DNA of 64,000 bases from an uncultured delta proteobacterium. GTDB lineage: Bacteria > Desulfobacterota > Binatia > Binatales > Binataceae. Shown one piece after another: positions 17,063-28,786 of the stretch. Position 1 is the stretch's first letter. Each line of letters starts with the position of its first letter. The translations under genes were made by a program, and so were the position numbers. A model generated the notes under the pieces. That model worked only from the letters and a program-made list of their open reading frames with translations, ran no database searches and was not told the origin of the DNA. The stretch covers positions 2,112,001 to 2,176,000 of the forward strand of contig CAVXXK010000001.1 in the NCBI GenBank assembly GCA_963765675.1. Direction: 5' to 3'.

Positions 17063-18889
17063 ATGGGCGAGCGGCTGATCCACATCCTGCCCGAACAAGT
17101 TGCGAGCCAGATAGCGGCCGGAGAGGTCGTCGAGCGGCCGGCGTCCGCGGTCAAGGAGCTGGTCGAGAACTCGCTCGACGCGGGCGCGAGCCGGATTGAC
17201 ATCACGATCGAGCGCGGCGGATGCGCGCGCTTCGCGGTCGCGGACGACGGATGCGGGATGAGCCGCGAGGACGCGATTCTCGCGCTGCGCCGCCATGCGA
17301 CCTCGAAGATTCGCAGCGCCTCCGACCTGGTTGCGATTCGCACGCTGGGCTTTCGCGGCGAGGCGCTCGCCTCGATCGCGAGCGTCGCGCGCATGACGCT
17401 GCGGACGCGCTCAGCCGATTCATCGGCGGTCGAGATCGTGGCGCTGGGCGGCGAGATCGAGGAGGTTCGCGACTCGGCTGCGGCGCCGGGCACGCAGATC
17501 GACGTCCGCGATCTTTTCTTCAACACTCCCGCGCGGCTCAAATTCCTCAAAACCGTTGCGACCGAGCAGGGCGCGATCGCCGAGGCGATCCAGCGCGTCG
17601 CGCTGGCGAATCATCGGGTTGCATTTTCGCTCAATTCCGACGGCCGCGTGATGTTCGATCTCATCCGCGCGGCGTCGCCGCTCGAGCGCGTGCGGCAACT
17701 CTTCGGCGCCAAGCTCGCCGAGCGGATGCTCGGGTTCGACGGCGGACGCGAGGCGATTCGGGTGCGCGGGCTGGCGACGATGAGCCAGGAGTCGTTCGCC
17801 TCTGCGCGGATGGTCTTCACCTTCGTCAATGGCCGCGTCGTGCGCGACAAGCTGCTCGCGCGCGCGATCGCGCAGGCCTATCAGACGCTGTTGCCGCGCG
17901 GACGCTATCCGGCCGTGGTGCTGTTCGTCGAGCTGCGCCACGAAGAAGTGGACGTGAATGTCCATCCGATGAAGACCGAGGTCCGGTTTCGCAATTCGGG
18001 CGCGGTGTTCGAAGCGGTCTATCACGCGCTGCGCGATCGGCTCTCGAATCAGAGCGAAGCTGGGCAGGAGCGTCTCGACGATGCCGCAGTTTCGGCCGAG
18101 GCTGCGAGCATCGAAGCGGCGGCGACGCTCGCGCGCGCGCCCGAATCTGTCCCGCGCGATTTCCCTGCTCCTGCGATGGACGCGCCGCGTGCGCTACGAC
18201 TGGTTCCCGACGCGGCGCGATCGGTCGCGACGCAACGCGCACTTGGCTTGGGCTTCGCTGCGGCAGCCGATCCGGCTCGCGCCGATGCGCATCCGCAGGC
18301 GGGAGTGCCGATGTACTCGCAACTGCGCGTGCTTGGGCAGATTTTCGCCGGATATATCGCGCTCGAAAGCGACGAGGGAATGCTGTTGGTCGATCAGCAT
18401 GCCGCGCATGAACGGGTCACGTTTGAAAAACTGCGCGCCGAGCTGCGCGACGGCGGAGTCCGCGTCCAGTCACTGCTGGTCGCGGCCACGATCGAGCTCA
18501 ACCCGGCGCGCGCGGCACAGATTCACGGCGCGATACCGGAGTTGCGCGCGATGGGCTTTGACGTCGAGAGCTTCGGTCCTTCGTCGCTGATCCTTAAGGG
18601 TACGCCGGCGGTGTTCGGAGCCGAGGGCGGCGCGAAGCTGCTAGCGGACATGATCGACAGTATCGGCGAGGCGCCGATTCGCGCGGGCGGAGAGGCGGCG
18701 TTTGAAAATCTGCTCAAGCAGCTCGCCTGCCACGGCTCGGTGCGGGTCGGCCGCGTGCTCGAAGCGGCGGAGATTCACGCACTGCTGGCCGAGCTCGATC
18801 GCACCGAATTCAAAACCAACTGTCCGCACGGCCGCCCGGTGCATATTCGCTTCCCGCGCGGGCAGATCGAGCGAATGTTCCGCCGATGA
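17063..18889 (+). CDS. mutL: DNA mismatch repair endonuclease MutL
   Basis: IAAGEVVERPASAVKELVENSLDAG, GFRGEALASI, DQHAAHER, CPHGRP. Confidence 0.97.
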   Translation: MGERLIHILPEQVASQIAAGEVVERPASAVKELVENSLDAGASRIDITIERGGCARFAVADDGCGMSREDAILALRRHATSKIRSASDLVAIRTLGFRGEALASIASVARMTLRTRSADSSAVEIVALGGEIEEVRDSAAAPGTQIDVRDLFFNTPARLKFLKTVATEQGAIAEAIQRVALANHRVAFSLNSDGRVMFDLIRAASPLERVRQLFGAKLAERMLGFDGGREAIRVRGLATMSQESFASARMVFTFVNGRVVRDKLLARAIAQAYQTLLPRGRYPAVVLFVELRHEEVDVNVHPMKTEVRFRNSGAVFEAVYHALRDRLSNQSEAGQERLDDAAVSAEAASIEAAATLARAPESVPRDFPAPAMDAPRALRLVPDAARSVATQRALGLGFAAAADPARADAHPQAGVPMYSQLRVLGQIFAGYIALESDEGMLLVDQHAAHERVTFEKLRAELRDGGVRVQSLLVAATIELNPARAAQIHGAIPELRAMGFDVESFGPSSLILKGTPAVFGAEGGAKLLADMIDSIGEAPIRAGGEAAFENLLKQLACHGSVRVGRVLEAAEIHALLAELDRTEFKTNCPHGRPVHIRFPRGQIERMFRR

Positions 18890-19875
18890 CCGCGCTCTCG
18901 GCGCCGCGTGGCGCCGTTCCGGAGAACGCGCCCGCGCGAATTCGCGTGGGGTTTATCGTCGGGCCAACCGGCGCCGGCAAGACCGCGCTCGCGCTCGAAG
19001 TAGCGGAGCGACTCGGCGCAGAAATCGTCAACGCGGACTCGCGGCAGTTTTATCGCGGAATGGATCTCGGCACCGCGAAGCCGACGGCTGCCGAACGCGC
19101 CCGCGTGCCGCATCACCTCATAGATGTTCGCGCGCCCGACGCTCCGCTCGACGTGGCGGGGTTTGTCGCGATTGCGCGCGAGGCGATCGAAGAGATCGCG
19201 GCGCGCAATCGGCGCGTCCTGGTCGTCGGTGGCAGCGGACTGTACCTGCGCGCGATGCGCGGCGGGATTTTCCGCGGTCCGGGCGCGTCGGCGGAAATCC
19301 GCGGACGTCTTTCGCGCGAGGCGGACGAGCACGGTCTGGAGCATCTGCATGGCCGCCTGCGCGAGATCGATCCTGCGGCGGCGGCGCGAATCGGCCACAA
19401 CGATCTTTATCGCATCATGCGCGCGCTCGAAGTATTCGAGCTGACTGGTGAGCCGATAAGCGCGCATCAAGCCCGTCACGCGTTTTCAGCACGCGAGTAC
19501 GAAAGCCTGACCGTCGGGATCTCGCCCGAGCGCGAGAAACTCTACCAAGCGATCGATGCGCGCTTCGATGCGATGCTCGCCGCCGGATTGGTGGCCGAAG
19601 TCCGCGCGCTGCTCGCGGCGGGATATGCGCCCGAGCGTCCTCCGCTCGCGACGATCGGCTACAAGCAAATCGCGCGGCATCTCGGCGGCGAAATCACGCT
19701 GGCCGAAGCAATAGCGCTCGCCAAGCGCGACTCGCGCCGCCTGGCCAAGCGCCAGCTCACCTGGTTTCGCGCTGACCCGGAACTCAAATGGCTTGACCTG
19801 GCGCGTCCGACCGAGCACGCTTTGGAGTTGTTCGCGGAATTTTTCGCTCCGAAAGAATCGCGAGAGAAAAGGTGA
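18886..19875 (+). CDS. miaA: tRNA dimethylallyltransferase
   Basis: [33 protein letters not shown]. Confidence 0.96.
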   Translation: MTALSAPRGAVPENAPARIRVGFIVGPTGAGKTALALEVAERLGAEIVNADSRQFYRGMDLGTAKPTAAERARVPHHLIDVRAPDAPLDVAGFVAIAREAIEEIAARNRRVLVVGGSGLYLRAMRGGIFRGPGASAEIRGRLSREADEHGLEHLHGRLREIDPAAAARIGHNDLYRIMRALEVFELTGEPISAHQARHAFSAREYESLTVGISPEREKLYQAIDARFDAMLAAGLVAEVRALLAAGYAPERPPLATIGYKQIARHLGGEITLAEAIALAKRDSRRLAKRQLTWFRADPELKWLDLARPTEHALELFAEFFAPKESREKR

Positions 19876-20789
19876 AACGCCAACCCAAACCCAATCACAA
19901 CGGCAATCGTCCGCACGCGAAGCCCGAAGCGGCGGTCGCGGTGGAGGCCGCCGCGGGGTTGACCCCGATAGAGCGCGTGCGCCTGGCGCGGCATCCGGCG
20001 CGTCCGCAGACGCTCGATTATATCGGCGCGCTCATCGGCGAGTTTATCGAGATTCACGGCGACCGGCGGTTTGCCGACGATGGCGCGATCGTCGCGGGCC
20101 TCGGCTACTTCGGCAAACATCCGGTTGCGATCGTCGGGCAGCAGCGCGGACGCACCACGACCGAGCGGATCAAACGCAACTTCGGCAAGCCGCATCCAGA
20201 GGGCTACCGCAAGGCGGCGCGAATTTACGAGCTCGCGGATCATTTCCGCCTTCCGCTGATCACTTTTATCGACACGCAAGGCGCCGAGTCTGGAGTGGGC
20301 GCGGAGGAGCGCGGGCAGCATGAGGCGATCGCGCGCGACCTCGAGCTGATGGCGCGCCTCGAGATTCCGGTCATCGCATGCGTGATCGGCGAGGGCGGCT
20401 CCGGCGGCGCGCTCGCGCTCGGAGTGGCGAACGTCGTGCTGATGCAGGAGAACGGCTCGTACTCGGTCATCACGCCCGAGGGCTGCGCCGCGATTTTGTG
20501 GCGCGACGCGACGGATGAAAACGTAGCGCGCGCGGCGTCGGCGCTCAGAATCTCCGCGCCCGATCTGCTCGAATTCGGCGTGATTGACGAGATCGTTCCC
20601 GAGCCTCCGGGCGGCGCGCATACCGCGCCCGACGAAGCGGCGCATATCCTGGGCGAGGCGATCGAGCGGCATCTGGCGCGTCTGTCCAAACGCGCCCCGG
20701 CAGAGCTGCGGATGGCGCGCGAGCGCAAGTTTGCCGCGATTGGAAACGCCTACCTGACGCGCGTTGAAAACCCCGCGACGATCAGTTAG
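19872..20789 (+). CDS. accA: Acetyl-CoA carboxylase carboxyltransferase alpha subunit
   Basis: [48 protein letters not shown]. Confidence 0.95.
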   Translation: MKRQPKPNHNGNRPHAKPEAAVAVEAAAGLTPIERVRLARHPARPQTLDYIGALIGEFIEIHGDRRFADDGAIVAGLGYFGKHPVAIVGQQRGRTTTERIKRNFGKPHPEGYRKAARIYELADHFRLPLITFIDTQGAESGVGAEERGQHEAIARDLELMARLEIPVIACVIGEGGSGGALALGVANVVLMQENGSYSVITPEGCAAILWRDATDENVARAASALRISAPDLLEFGVIDEIVPEPPGGAHTAPDEAAHILGEAIERHLARLSKRAPAELRMARERKFAAIGNAYLTRVENPATIS

Positions 20790-20804
20790 CCATAGTCGTT
20801 CCTC

Positions 20805-21969
20805 ATGGCCTCCCGGACTGCGAAAAATCGCGCTCCCGCGCGTACGAAGCCGACTCGCGTCGAGCAGCGCGACGCGGATGCGGAAGAGCGTCCCTCGCTC
20901 ACGAGCCTGCGCGAACGGATCGACGAGATCGATCACAAGATCCTCGCGCTGGTCGCGATGCGCGGCGGAATCGTCGAGCAAGTCGGCCAGCTCAAGCACT
21001 CGACCGGCGAGATCGTCTACGTGCCTTCGCGCGAGCGGGAGATTATCGATCGGATGATCGCGGAGAACCCGGGTCCGCTCGCGGCCGAGCATATCAAGAA
21101 TATTTTCACCGAAGTGATTTCCGCCTGCCGCGGGCTCGAGCACGCGGCGCGAATTGCGTTTCTGGGTCCGGAGCATACCTACTCGCACGAGGCCGCGCGC
21201 GAGCGCTTCGGCTCGAGCGTCGAGTTCGCGCCGCTGAGCTCGTTTGCGGCGGTGTTCCAGGCGGTCGAGAGCGGGCGCGCGGATTTCGGCGTAGTGCCGG
21301 TCGAGAACTCGACCGAAGGATCCGTTGGCCTGACGCTGGATTTGCTGATCGATACGCGCGCTTAAGATTATCGGGGAGATCCTGCTGCCAGTTCGTCACG
21401 CGCTCCTGTCGCTGAGCGGAGACCCGCGCGCGATCGTCAAAATCGTGTCGCATCAGCAGTCGCTCGGCCAGTGCCGCGCCTACCTGCAGGCAAATTTTCC
21501 GAATTGCGAGATCGAAGCGGTTGCGTCGAACGCGTTTGCGGCGGAGCGCGCGGCCCGCGACGCGTCGATCGCGGCGATCGCCTCGCGTGCGGCGGGAACC
21601 GCGTATGGACTGACCACGATTGCCGAAAATATCCAGGACCTCGCAACCAACACCACGCGGTTTCTCGTGATGGGTCCGCGGCCGGTCGAGCGCACCGGCG
21701 CGGACAAGACCACGGTGCTGTTCGCGGTTGCCGATAAAGTAGGCGCACTGTTCAAGGCGATCAGCCTGTTTGCACGCAACTCGATCAACATCTCGAAAAT
21801 TGAATCACGTCCGCTGCGCTCGCGTCCGTGGGAATATATTTTCTTTGTCGATCTCGGCGGGCATAGCGAGGACCCCAAGCTCAAGCGCGCGCTCAAGGCG
21901 CTCGAACGCGAAGCCCTTTTTTCCAAGGTGCTGGGATCGTATCCTGAAGGCAGGTCGGCCGCCGGCTAG
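20805..21969 (+). pseudogene. pheA: Chorismate mutase/prephenate dehydratase, frameshifted near 21360 (probably an assembly indel)
   Basis: LRERIDEID CM domain and VPVENSTEG in the first frame; SHQQSLGQC, NTTRF, IESRP, LGSYP in the second frame; break in ACGCGCGCTTAAG. Confidence 0.9.
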
Positions 21970-21987
21970 CGCGGCCGCTCAACTCCC

Positions 21988-23088
21988 TTGATCAAAGCTG
22001 ACGATCTGGTTCTGCCGCCGGTTGCGGCGCTAAATCCCTACGAGCCCGGGAAGCCGATCGAGGAGCTGCAGCGCGAACTCGGAATCGGAGAGCCGGTCAA
22101 GCTCGCGTCGAACGAAAATCCTCTCGGCCCTTCGCCGCGCGCGGTCGCCGCGGTCAAAGCGGCGCTTGCGGAACTGAATCGCTACCCCGACGGAGGATGC
22201 TACGAGCTGCGCAAAAGAATCGCGCAGAAGCATCAAGTTGCGCCCGAGCAGATCTTCGCGGCAGGCGGCTCGGTCGAGGTGATCAACCTGCTCGCGTTCC
22301 TGTTTATCCGGCCCGGCTTGAACTCAGTCTTCTCTGAGCATGCTTTCGCGATCTATCCGCTGGCGACTCTGGCCGCGGGTGGAAGCTTCAAGGCTGCGCC
22401 GACCAGCGACGGCTACTCGCACGACCTCGACGCGATCGCCGACGCGATCGACGCGAACACGCGCATCGTATTTCTCGGCAATCCAAATAATCCCACCGGC
22501 ACGATCTATCGCCGCGCCGAGTGGAAACGGTTCCTCGCGCGCGTGCCGGAGCACGTCGTGATCGTCGCCGACGAGGCCTACTTCGAGTTCGTGCGCGACC
22601 CCGAGTATCCGGATTCGCTCGAAGATCATGACGGGCGGCGGCTGATCGTCACGATGCGCACGTTCTCGAAAATTTTCGGGCTCGCGGGACTCCGCGTTGG
22701 CTACGCGGTTGCGCAGCCGGATATCGTCCGCCTGCTGAACAACGTCCGCCAGCCGTTCAACGTGACCTCGCTCGCGCAGGTCGCGGTGCTCGCCGCGATG
22801 GACGATACGGCGCACGTCGAGCGCACGCTCAAAGTCAACGCGCAGGGGATGGCCTATCTCGAAGGCGAGTTCCGCCGCCTCGGGCTCTCCTTCGTGCCGA
22901 GCCATGCGAATTTTTTCCTGACCGAGGTCGGCGACGGCCGCGCGGTGTACGACGCGCTTCTGCGCAAGGGCGTGATCGTGCGCCCGATGAACGGCTACGG
23001 CTATCCGCGCCATGTGAGAATCAGCGTCGGGCTGCCGGAGGAAAATCGCCGCCTGGTCGAAGCGCTCGAACAAGTAATCCCGCGCTAA
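21988..23088 (+). CDS. hisC: Histidinol-phosphate aminotransferase
   Basis: KLASNENPLG, NPNNPTG, DEAYFEF, RTFSKIFGLAGLRVGY. Confidence 0.95.
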   Translation: MIKADDLVLPPVAALNPYEPGKPIEELQRELGIGEPVKLASNENPLGPSPRAVAAVKAALAELNRYPDGGCYELRKRIAQKHQVAPEQIFAAGGSVEVINLLAFLFIRPGLNSVFSEHAFAIYPLATLAAGGSFKAAPTSDGYSHDLDAIADAIDANTRIVFLGNPNNPTGTIYRRAEWKRFLARVPEHVVIVADEAYFEFVRDPEYPDSLEDHDGRRLIVTMRTFSKIFGLAGLRVGYAVAQPDIVRLLNNVRQPFNVTSLAQVAVLAAMDDTAHVERTLKVNAQGMAYLEGEFRRLGLSFVPSHANFFLTEVGDGRAVYDALLRKGVIVRPMNGYGYPRHVRISVGLPEENRRLVEALEQVIPR

Positions 23089-23100
23089 TTGCGCGATCCG

Positions 23101-23964
23101 ATGGCGCAGCTATTCAAACAGATGACGATCGCGGGCGTCGGGCTTATCGGCGGATCGCTCGCGATGGTTGCGCGGCGCGAGGGTCTGGCCGGACGAATCG
23201 TGGGGCTCGGCCGCACGGAGGCGAACCTCGATGTCGCGCTCGAGCGCGGGATGCTCGACGCCGCCACCCGCGATCCGGCCGAGGCGGCGCGCGGCGCGGA
23301 CCTGCTGATGCTCGCGGTGCCAATCCTCACGATGCGCGCGACGCTCGAACAGATGCTCCCGAATCTTGCGCCGAACGCCGTCATCACCGATGTCGGCAGC
23401 GTCAAGGGATGGGTGGTGCGCGAACTCGAGCCGCTGATTCCCGCCAGGATGGCGCTGGTCGCAGCGCATCCGGTGGCCGGAAAAGAAACCGTCGGCGCCG
23501 TTTCCGCCGATCCGGAACTGTTCCGCGGACGGCGCGTGATTATCACCCCCTCGGCGAAAAGCACCGCCGACGCGGTCGCGCGGGTCGAGGCGCTCTGGTC
23601 GGCGACCGGCGCGCGGGTCGAGAAGATGGATCCCGACCTGCACGACGCGATCCTCGCGCGCGCAAGCCATCTGCCGCAGATCGTCGCGAGTGCGCTGGGC
23701 GCGGCTCTCGCCGACGAGCGCGTGGGCGGGATGCTTGCGGCGGAGTTCGGGGCGAGTGGATTGCGCGACACGACGCGGCTTGCGGGATCGTCGTGGGAGA
23801 TGTGGCGCGACATCTTTATCACCAATCGCGACGCGATCGTCGCCGCGCTCAAACTGTTCGGATCGACGGTCGATGAATTCCAGGAGCTGATCGAGACCGG
23901 CGATCTCGCCGCGCTCGAAAACATCTTCAACCGCGGCCGCGCGATGCGCGAGAAACTAAAGTGA
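23101..23964 (+). CDS. tyrA: Prephenate/arogenate dehydrogenase
   Basis: [36 protein letters not shown]. Confidence 0.93.
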   Translation: MAQLFKQMTIAGVGLIGGSLAMVARREGLAGRIVGLGRTEANLDVALERGMLDAATRDPAEAARGADLLMLAVPILTMRATLEQMLPNLAPNAVITDVGSVKGWVVRELEPLIPARMALVAAHPVAGKETVGAVSADPELFRGRRVIITPSAKSTADAVARVEALWSATGARVEKMDPDLHDAILARASHLPQIVASALGAALADERVGGMLAAEFGASGLRDTTRLAGSSWEMWRDIFITNRDAIVAALKLFGSTVDEFQELIETGDLAALENIFNRGRAMREKLK

Positions 23965-24661
23965 CGCGCGCGAAACCTATCGTCGCGATCGACGGACCGG
24001 TCGGCGCCGGCAAATCGACCGTCGCTCGGGAGTTGGCGCGAGAGCTGGGCTTCCGCTACCTGAACACCGGCGCGATGTACCGCGCGGTCGCGATTGCCGC
24101 GAGCGAGGCGGGAATCGATCCAGTCGGTCGCCGGACCTCGAAGCGCGCCTTGCGCCTGGGCTCGCCGCGATTCGGATTTCATTCGAGGGCGAGCGAATCC
24201 TGCTAAATGGCGCCGACGTGACCGGGCGCGTCACCGATCCGGCGATCAGCGATCTTGCCTCACGTCTGTCCGCCTTGGGCGCGGTGCGGGCTCGGATGCG
24301 CGAGTTGCAGCGCGCGGCCGGAAGCGAGGGCGGAGTAGTCATGGAAGGGCGCGATATCGGCACCGCGATCTTCCCCGACGCCGAGTTCAAGTTCTTTCTC
24401 GACGCCGACGTGGCAGTGCGCGCGCGCCGCCGGTACGAGGAACTCGCGGCCAAGGGTTCGCAGATAAGTTACGACCAGGTGCTCGATCAGTTGCGTGAGC
24501 GCGACGCGCGCGATTCGAGCCGCGCGCTCGCTCCGCTTAAGCGTGCGGATGATGCTATAGTGATTGACTCGACCGCGCTCGATATACCGGCGGTCATAAA
24601 TGCGATAAAAGAACACATACTGGCCGCGGTCAACGCAGATAAGGGGTTGAAACGCAGCTAG
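23961..24661 (+). pseudogene. cmk: Cytidylate kinase, frameshifted near 24125 (probably an assembly indel)
   Basis: [11 protein letters not shown] and TGAMYRAVA in the first frame; VMEGRDIGT, RDARDSSR..APL in the second frame. Confidence 0.9.
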
Positions 24662-24712
24662 TCCGGTTGTAAGTTTCGCAGCAGCTTCGAAGTTCCCGGA
24701 AGGTCCCACTAC

Positions 24713-26455
24713 ATGGAGAAAGTTTTGCCTGAAAAGCTCGGCGGAGGAGAAAATGATTTCGAGTCGCTGATGGAAGAGAGCCTGAAGGCTCCGCGTCCCG
24801 GTGATGTGCTCATCGGACGAGTCCTTCTCATAACCCGCGACTATGTCATCATCGATATCAACTACAAGTGCGAGGGCCAGGTCCCCGTCGCCGAATTCTA
24901 TGACGCCAACGGAAATCCGACCGTCAAGGAAGGCGACGAGGTTGACGTTTACTTCGAGGGCACCGAGACCGAGAACGGCACGGTGATGCTCTCGCACGCG
25001 AAGGCCGAGAAATTCAAAGTCTGGCGCGAGCTCGACCGCGCCTTCCAGAGCGAGACGCCGGTCGAAGGCGTCGTGCTGGGCAAAGTCAAAGGGGGCCTCA
25101 AGGTCGATATCGGCGTGCCGGCATTCCTGCCCGGCTCGCACGTGGATATCCGTCCCGCGCGTAACCTCGATCGCTATGTGGGCCAGCGCGGGCGTTTTCA
25201 GATCCTCAAGTTCAATCGCGCGCGCGGCAACGTGGTCGTGTCGCGCCGCAGTGTGCTCGAACGCGAACGCTCTTCGCTCAAGGAGCAGACGCTCAAGGTT
25301 CTCGAAGAGGGCGTCATCCTCGAAGGCACCGTCAAGAACATCACCGATTACGGTGCATTCATCGATCTCGGCGGAATCGACGGCCTGCTCCATATCACCG
25401 ACATGTCGTGGGGGCGCCTCGCTCACCCGTCGGAGGTTCTGAAGGTCGGCGAGAAGGTCAAGGTCGTCGTCCTCAAGTACGACGCGCAGCGCGAGCGCGT
25501 GTCGCTGGGGATGAAGCAGATCATGGCCGACCCGTGGAGCAAGGTGAACGAGCTTTATCCTCCGGGCACGCGGGTTCACGGCAAGGTCGTCAGCGTCACC
25601 GACTACGGCGCATTCGTCGAGCTCGAAAAAGGCGTCGAGGGACTGATTCACGTCTCCGAGATGAGCTGGAGCAAGCGCGCGGTTCATCCGTCGAAGGTCG
25701 TCAATCCGGGCGACGGAGTGGAAGTGCAGGTGCTCGGCGTCGATGAAGCCAACCGGCGCATCTCGCTCGGCCTCAAGCAGACCGAACCGAATCCGTGGGT
25801 CGCGCTGGCGGAGCAGCATCCGGTGGGCAGCCACGTCTCGGGCAAGGTCAAGTCGATCACCGACTTCGGCGCGTTTGTCGAGATCGAGCCGGGAATCGAC
25901 GGACTGGTGCATATCTCGGACTTGTCGTGGACCAAGAAAATCCGGCATCCGAGCGAGATGGTGAAGAAGGGTGATGACGTCGAGGCGGTGGTGCTTGGAA
26001 TCGACGCCGAGAACGAGCGCGTCAGCCTGGGCGTCAAGCAGCTTACGCCCGATCCGTGGAACACGATCGCGGAGCGTTATCCGCTCAACACCCGAATCCA
26101 TGGCAAGGTCAGCTCGGTTGCGGATTTTGGCGTGTTCGTCGAGATCGAAGAGGGAATCGAAGGGCTGATCCACATCTCGCAGCTCTCCAACGAGCGCGTG
26201 GACAAGCCGTCGTCGCTGTTCAAGGTTGACGACCAGCTCGAAGCGCTGGTGGTTCAGCTCGATCCGAAGGAGCGGCGCATCGGGTTGTCGATCAAGGCGC
26301 TCAAGGCGCACGAGGAGCGCGAGGAGATGCAGGCGTATCTCAAGCGCGAGCATGAGAATGCGCGGTTCTCGATGGAGGATATCCTGAACGAGGAACTGCG
26401 CCTCGATCGCGATGACGGCGACCGCCGCGCCTCGCGCGGGCGCCGCGACCGCTAA
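24713..26455 (+). CDS. rpsA: 30S ribosomal protein S1
   Basis: Six S1 repeats (ITDYGAFIDLGGIDGLLHITDMSW etc.). Confidence 0.97.
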   Translation: MEKVLPEKLGGGENDFESLMEESLKAPRPGDVLIGRVLLITRDYVIIDINYKCEGQVPVAEFYDANGNPTVKEGDEVDVYFEGTETENGTVMLSHAKAEKFKVWRELDRAFQSETPVEGVVLGKVKGGLKVDIGVPAFLPGSHVDIRPARNLDRYVGQRGRFQILKFNRARGNVVVSRRSVLERERSSLKEQTLKVLEEGVILEGTVKNITDYGAFIDLGGIDGLLHITDMSWGRLAHPSEVLKVGEKVKVVVLKYDAQRERVSLGMKQIMADPWSKVNELYPPGTRVHGKVVSVTDYGAFVELEKGVEGLIHVSEMSWSKRAVHPSKVVNPGDGVEVQVLGVDEANRRISLGLKQTEPNPWVALAEQHPVGSHVSGKVKSITDFGAFVEIEPGIDGLVHISDLSWTKKIRHPSEMVKKGDDVEAVVLGIDAENERVSLGVKQLTPDPWNTIAERYPLNTRIHGKVSSVADFGVFVEIEEGIEGLIHISQLSNERVDKPSSLFKVDDQLEALVVQLDPKERRIGLSIKALKAHEEREEMQAYLKREHENARFSMEDILNEELRLDRDDGDRRASRGRRDR

Positions 26456-26487
26456 ACGCGCGACGGGAAAATTGCACCGCGACGGCC

Positions 26488-26785
26488 ATGACCAAGCGCG
26501 CGATTATCGAAGAACTGCTCTCGCGGCATCATAGCTGCTCGCATCGGCAGTCCGAGACGATCGTCAACGCGATGTTCGACGCGATGGCGAATGTGCTGGC
26601 CGACGGCAAGCGAATTGAAGATTCGCGGCTTCGGCAGCTTCGGGGTCAAGGATCGCCGTGCGCGCCAGGGGCGCAATCCCAAGACCGGAGAAGTAGTGCC
26701 GGTGGACGCCAAGCGCATCCCGTTTTTCCGCGCGGGCAAGGAACTCCGCATCGAGGTTAATGGCTCGGACGACGCGGCGCGCTAA
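26488..26785 (+). pseudogene. ihfB: Integration host factor beta subunit, frameshifted near 26619 (probably an assembly indel)
   Basis: MTKRAIIE...GKRIE then [18 protein letters not shown]...FRAGKELR in a shifted frame; canonical position after rpsA. Confidence 0.87.
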
Positions 26786-26820
26786 GGCCGCGAGCGCTCC
26801 CGCCGTCGCCGCCGGCCGGG

Positions 26821-27324
26821 ATGCGCCTGTGGGCGCCTTGGCGTTACACCTACCTGCGTTCGGCGCCGGGCCGAAAGCCCGAATGCATCTTCTGCTTCGA
26901 GCGTCTGACCGCGGCCGAACGGCGCAAGCGGCTGGTGATGCTCGAGGCCGGGCGCTCGGTCGTGATGCTCAATCGTTATCCCTACAGCAATGGACACGTG
27001 ATGATCGCGCCGCGCCGGCATGTCGCGTCGCCTGAGCTACTGACTCGCGACGAGCGGATCGAAATCGGAGAGCTCGTGGCGGAAGCGATCACTATCCTGC
27101 GCACGGAACTGAGGCCCTCTGGCATCAACGTGGGCGCCAATCTGGGGCGCAGCGCCGGCGCGGGATTCGCCGAGCACATGCATTGGCACGTGGTCCCGCG
27201 CTGGGACGGTGACAACAACTTCATGCCGGTGCTTGCCTCGACGCGCGTGCTGTCGCAGAGTCTCGAAGACAGCTACGCGCAACTGAGCCCGCTTTTCAAA
27301 GCGATCGAGGCTGGTTTATCCTGA
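26821..27324 (+). CDS. HIT family hydrolase (Ap4A phosphorylase-like)
   Basis: LWAPWR, CIFC, LNRYPYSNGH, HMHWHVVPRW. Confidence 0.92.
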   Translation: MRLWAPWRYTYLRSAPGRKPECIFCFERLTAAERRKRLVMLEAGRSVVMLNRYPYSNGHVMIAPRRHVASPELLTRDERIEIGELVAEAITILRTELRPSGINVGANLGRSAGAGFAEHMHWHVVPRWDGDNNFMPVLASTRVLSQSLEDSYAQLSPLFKAIEAGLS

Positions 27325-27352
27325 ACAGGGAAGGGCGCTCCGGGAATAATCG

Positions 27353-28762
27353 ATGGACCAAACTCTGACCAATATCCGTACGCTCGGCGGCCTTCGTTCC
27401 GCCGGTTATGAAACGCTCCCGGTGCGCATGGAGATGCGCCGCAATCTGCTCGCGCGGCTGCGCGCGAAAGAGGGCATCCTGCCGGGGATCGTCGGCTACG
27501 AAGAGACGGTGGTGCCCGAGATCGAAAACGGGATCCTCGCGGGGCATCACATGATCTTCCTGGGCGAGCGCGGACAGGCGAAGTCGCGGATCATCCGCGC
27601 GCTGGTGAGCCTGCTCGACGAGTTCGTGCCAGCGGTGGCGGGATGCGAGATCGACGACGATCCGTTCGCGCCGATTTGCCGCCGATGCCGCCGACTAGCC
27701 GAGGAGAAAGGCGACGAGCTCGAGATTCATTGGATCGGCCGCGACCGCCGCTACGCCGAGAAGCTCGCGACGCCGGACGTCTCGGTTGCCGACCTGATCG
27801 GCGAGATCGATCCGATCAAGGTCGCCGAGGGGCGCTACCTCGCCGACGAGGAGACGATCCACTACGGCCTTATCCCGCGCACCAATCGCGGTATCTTCGC
27901 GATCAACGAGCTGCCCGACCTGACCGAGAAGGTGCAGGTCGGACTGTTCAACCTGATGGAAGAGAAAGACGTCCAGATCAAGGGCTACAAGATTCGCCTG
28001 CCGGTCGACGTGGTGTTCGTAGCGAGCGCGAACCCGGAGGATTACACCTCGCGCGGCAGGATTATCACGCCGCTCAAGGATCGTTTCGATATTCAGATTC
28101 GCACGCATTATCCCAAGAAGATCGAAGACGAAATCGCGATCATGGAGCAGGAGGCGCTCTACCCGCCGCGCCCCGGGATGGACGTGCGCGTTCCGCAATT
28201 CTTGAAGGACATTATCGCGCAGATCACCTTCGAGGCGCGCGGCTCGAACGAGATTAACCAGTCGTCGGGCGTATCGGTCCGCGTCACGATCAACAACTTC
28301 GAGTCGGTGCTCTCGAACGCGGAGAAGCGTTCGGTTATCAACGGCGAGAATGAGATCGTGCCGCGCATCTCGGATCTACATTCGCTCTACGCCTCGACCG
28401 CCGGAAAGATCGAGCTCGAATACGTGGGCGAGGACAAGAAGGAAGACGACCTGGTCGAGCGGCTGATAAATCGCGCGGTGCTCAAAGTTTTCGATCGCTA
28501 CTTGAAGCTCGACGATCTGAAAAAGGTCAGCAGCTATTTCGAGCAGGGATGGGGCGTCGAGGTTTCCGATCGCGCGCCCTCGTCGGAATACATGGAGCCG
28601 CTGCGCGAAGTCACCGGCCTGCGCGAGGCGATCGCGGCGCTCGGCCCGTTCGAGACTCCGGGGCTGATGGCTGCCGCGAGCGAATTTATTTTCGAGGGTC
28701 TGCATCTGCATCAGAAATTAAACAAGGACCGCCAGGGCGGCCGCTTCGCGTATCATTCCTGA
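27353..28762 (+). CDS. Magnesium chelatase-like AAA+ ATPase
   Basis: Walker A GERGQAKS, INELPDL, SANPEDYTSRGRIITPLKDRF. Confidence 0.85.
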   Translation: MDQTLTNIRTLGGLRSAGYETLPVRMEMRRNLLARLRAKEGILPGIVGYEETVVPEIENGILAGHHMIFLGERGQAKSRIIRALVSLLDEFVPAVAGCEIDDDPFAPICRRCRRLAEEKGDELEIHWIGRDRRYAEKLATPDVSVADLIGEIDPIKVAEGRYLADEETIHYGLIPRTNRGIFAINELPDLTEKVQVGLFNLMEEKDVQIKGYKIRLPVDVVFVASANPEDYTSRGRIITPLKDRFDIQIRTHYPKKIEDEIAIMEQEALYPPRPGMDVRVPQFLKDIIAQITFEARGSNEINQSSGVSVRVTINNFESVLSNAEKRSVINGENEIVPRISDLHSLYASTAGKIELEYVGEDKKEDDLVERLINRAVLKVFDRYLKLDDLKKVSSYFEQGWGVEVSDRAPSSEYMEPLREVTGLREAIAALGPFETPGLMAAASEFIFEGLHLHQKLNKDRQGGRFAYHS

Positions 28763-28786
28763 TCCTGACGGATAAACAGGCGCGCG

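Noticed and set aside
24260-26353. 697-aa minus-strand ORF
   Set aside because: Antisense shadow of rpsA and cmk caused by high-GC codon bias
20805-26785. Frameshifts in pheA, cmk and ihfB as programmed frameshifting or true pseudogenes
   Set aside because: Small indels also occur in the LLM and ArsA genes, the proteins are otherwise intact and no slippery-site signature is shared; consensus errors are the simplest explanation, testable by read mapping
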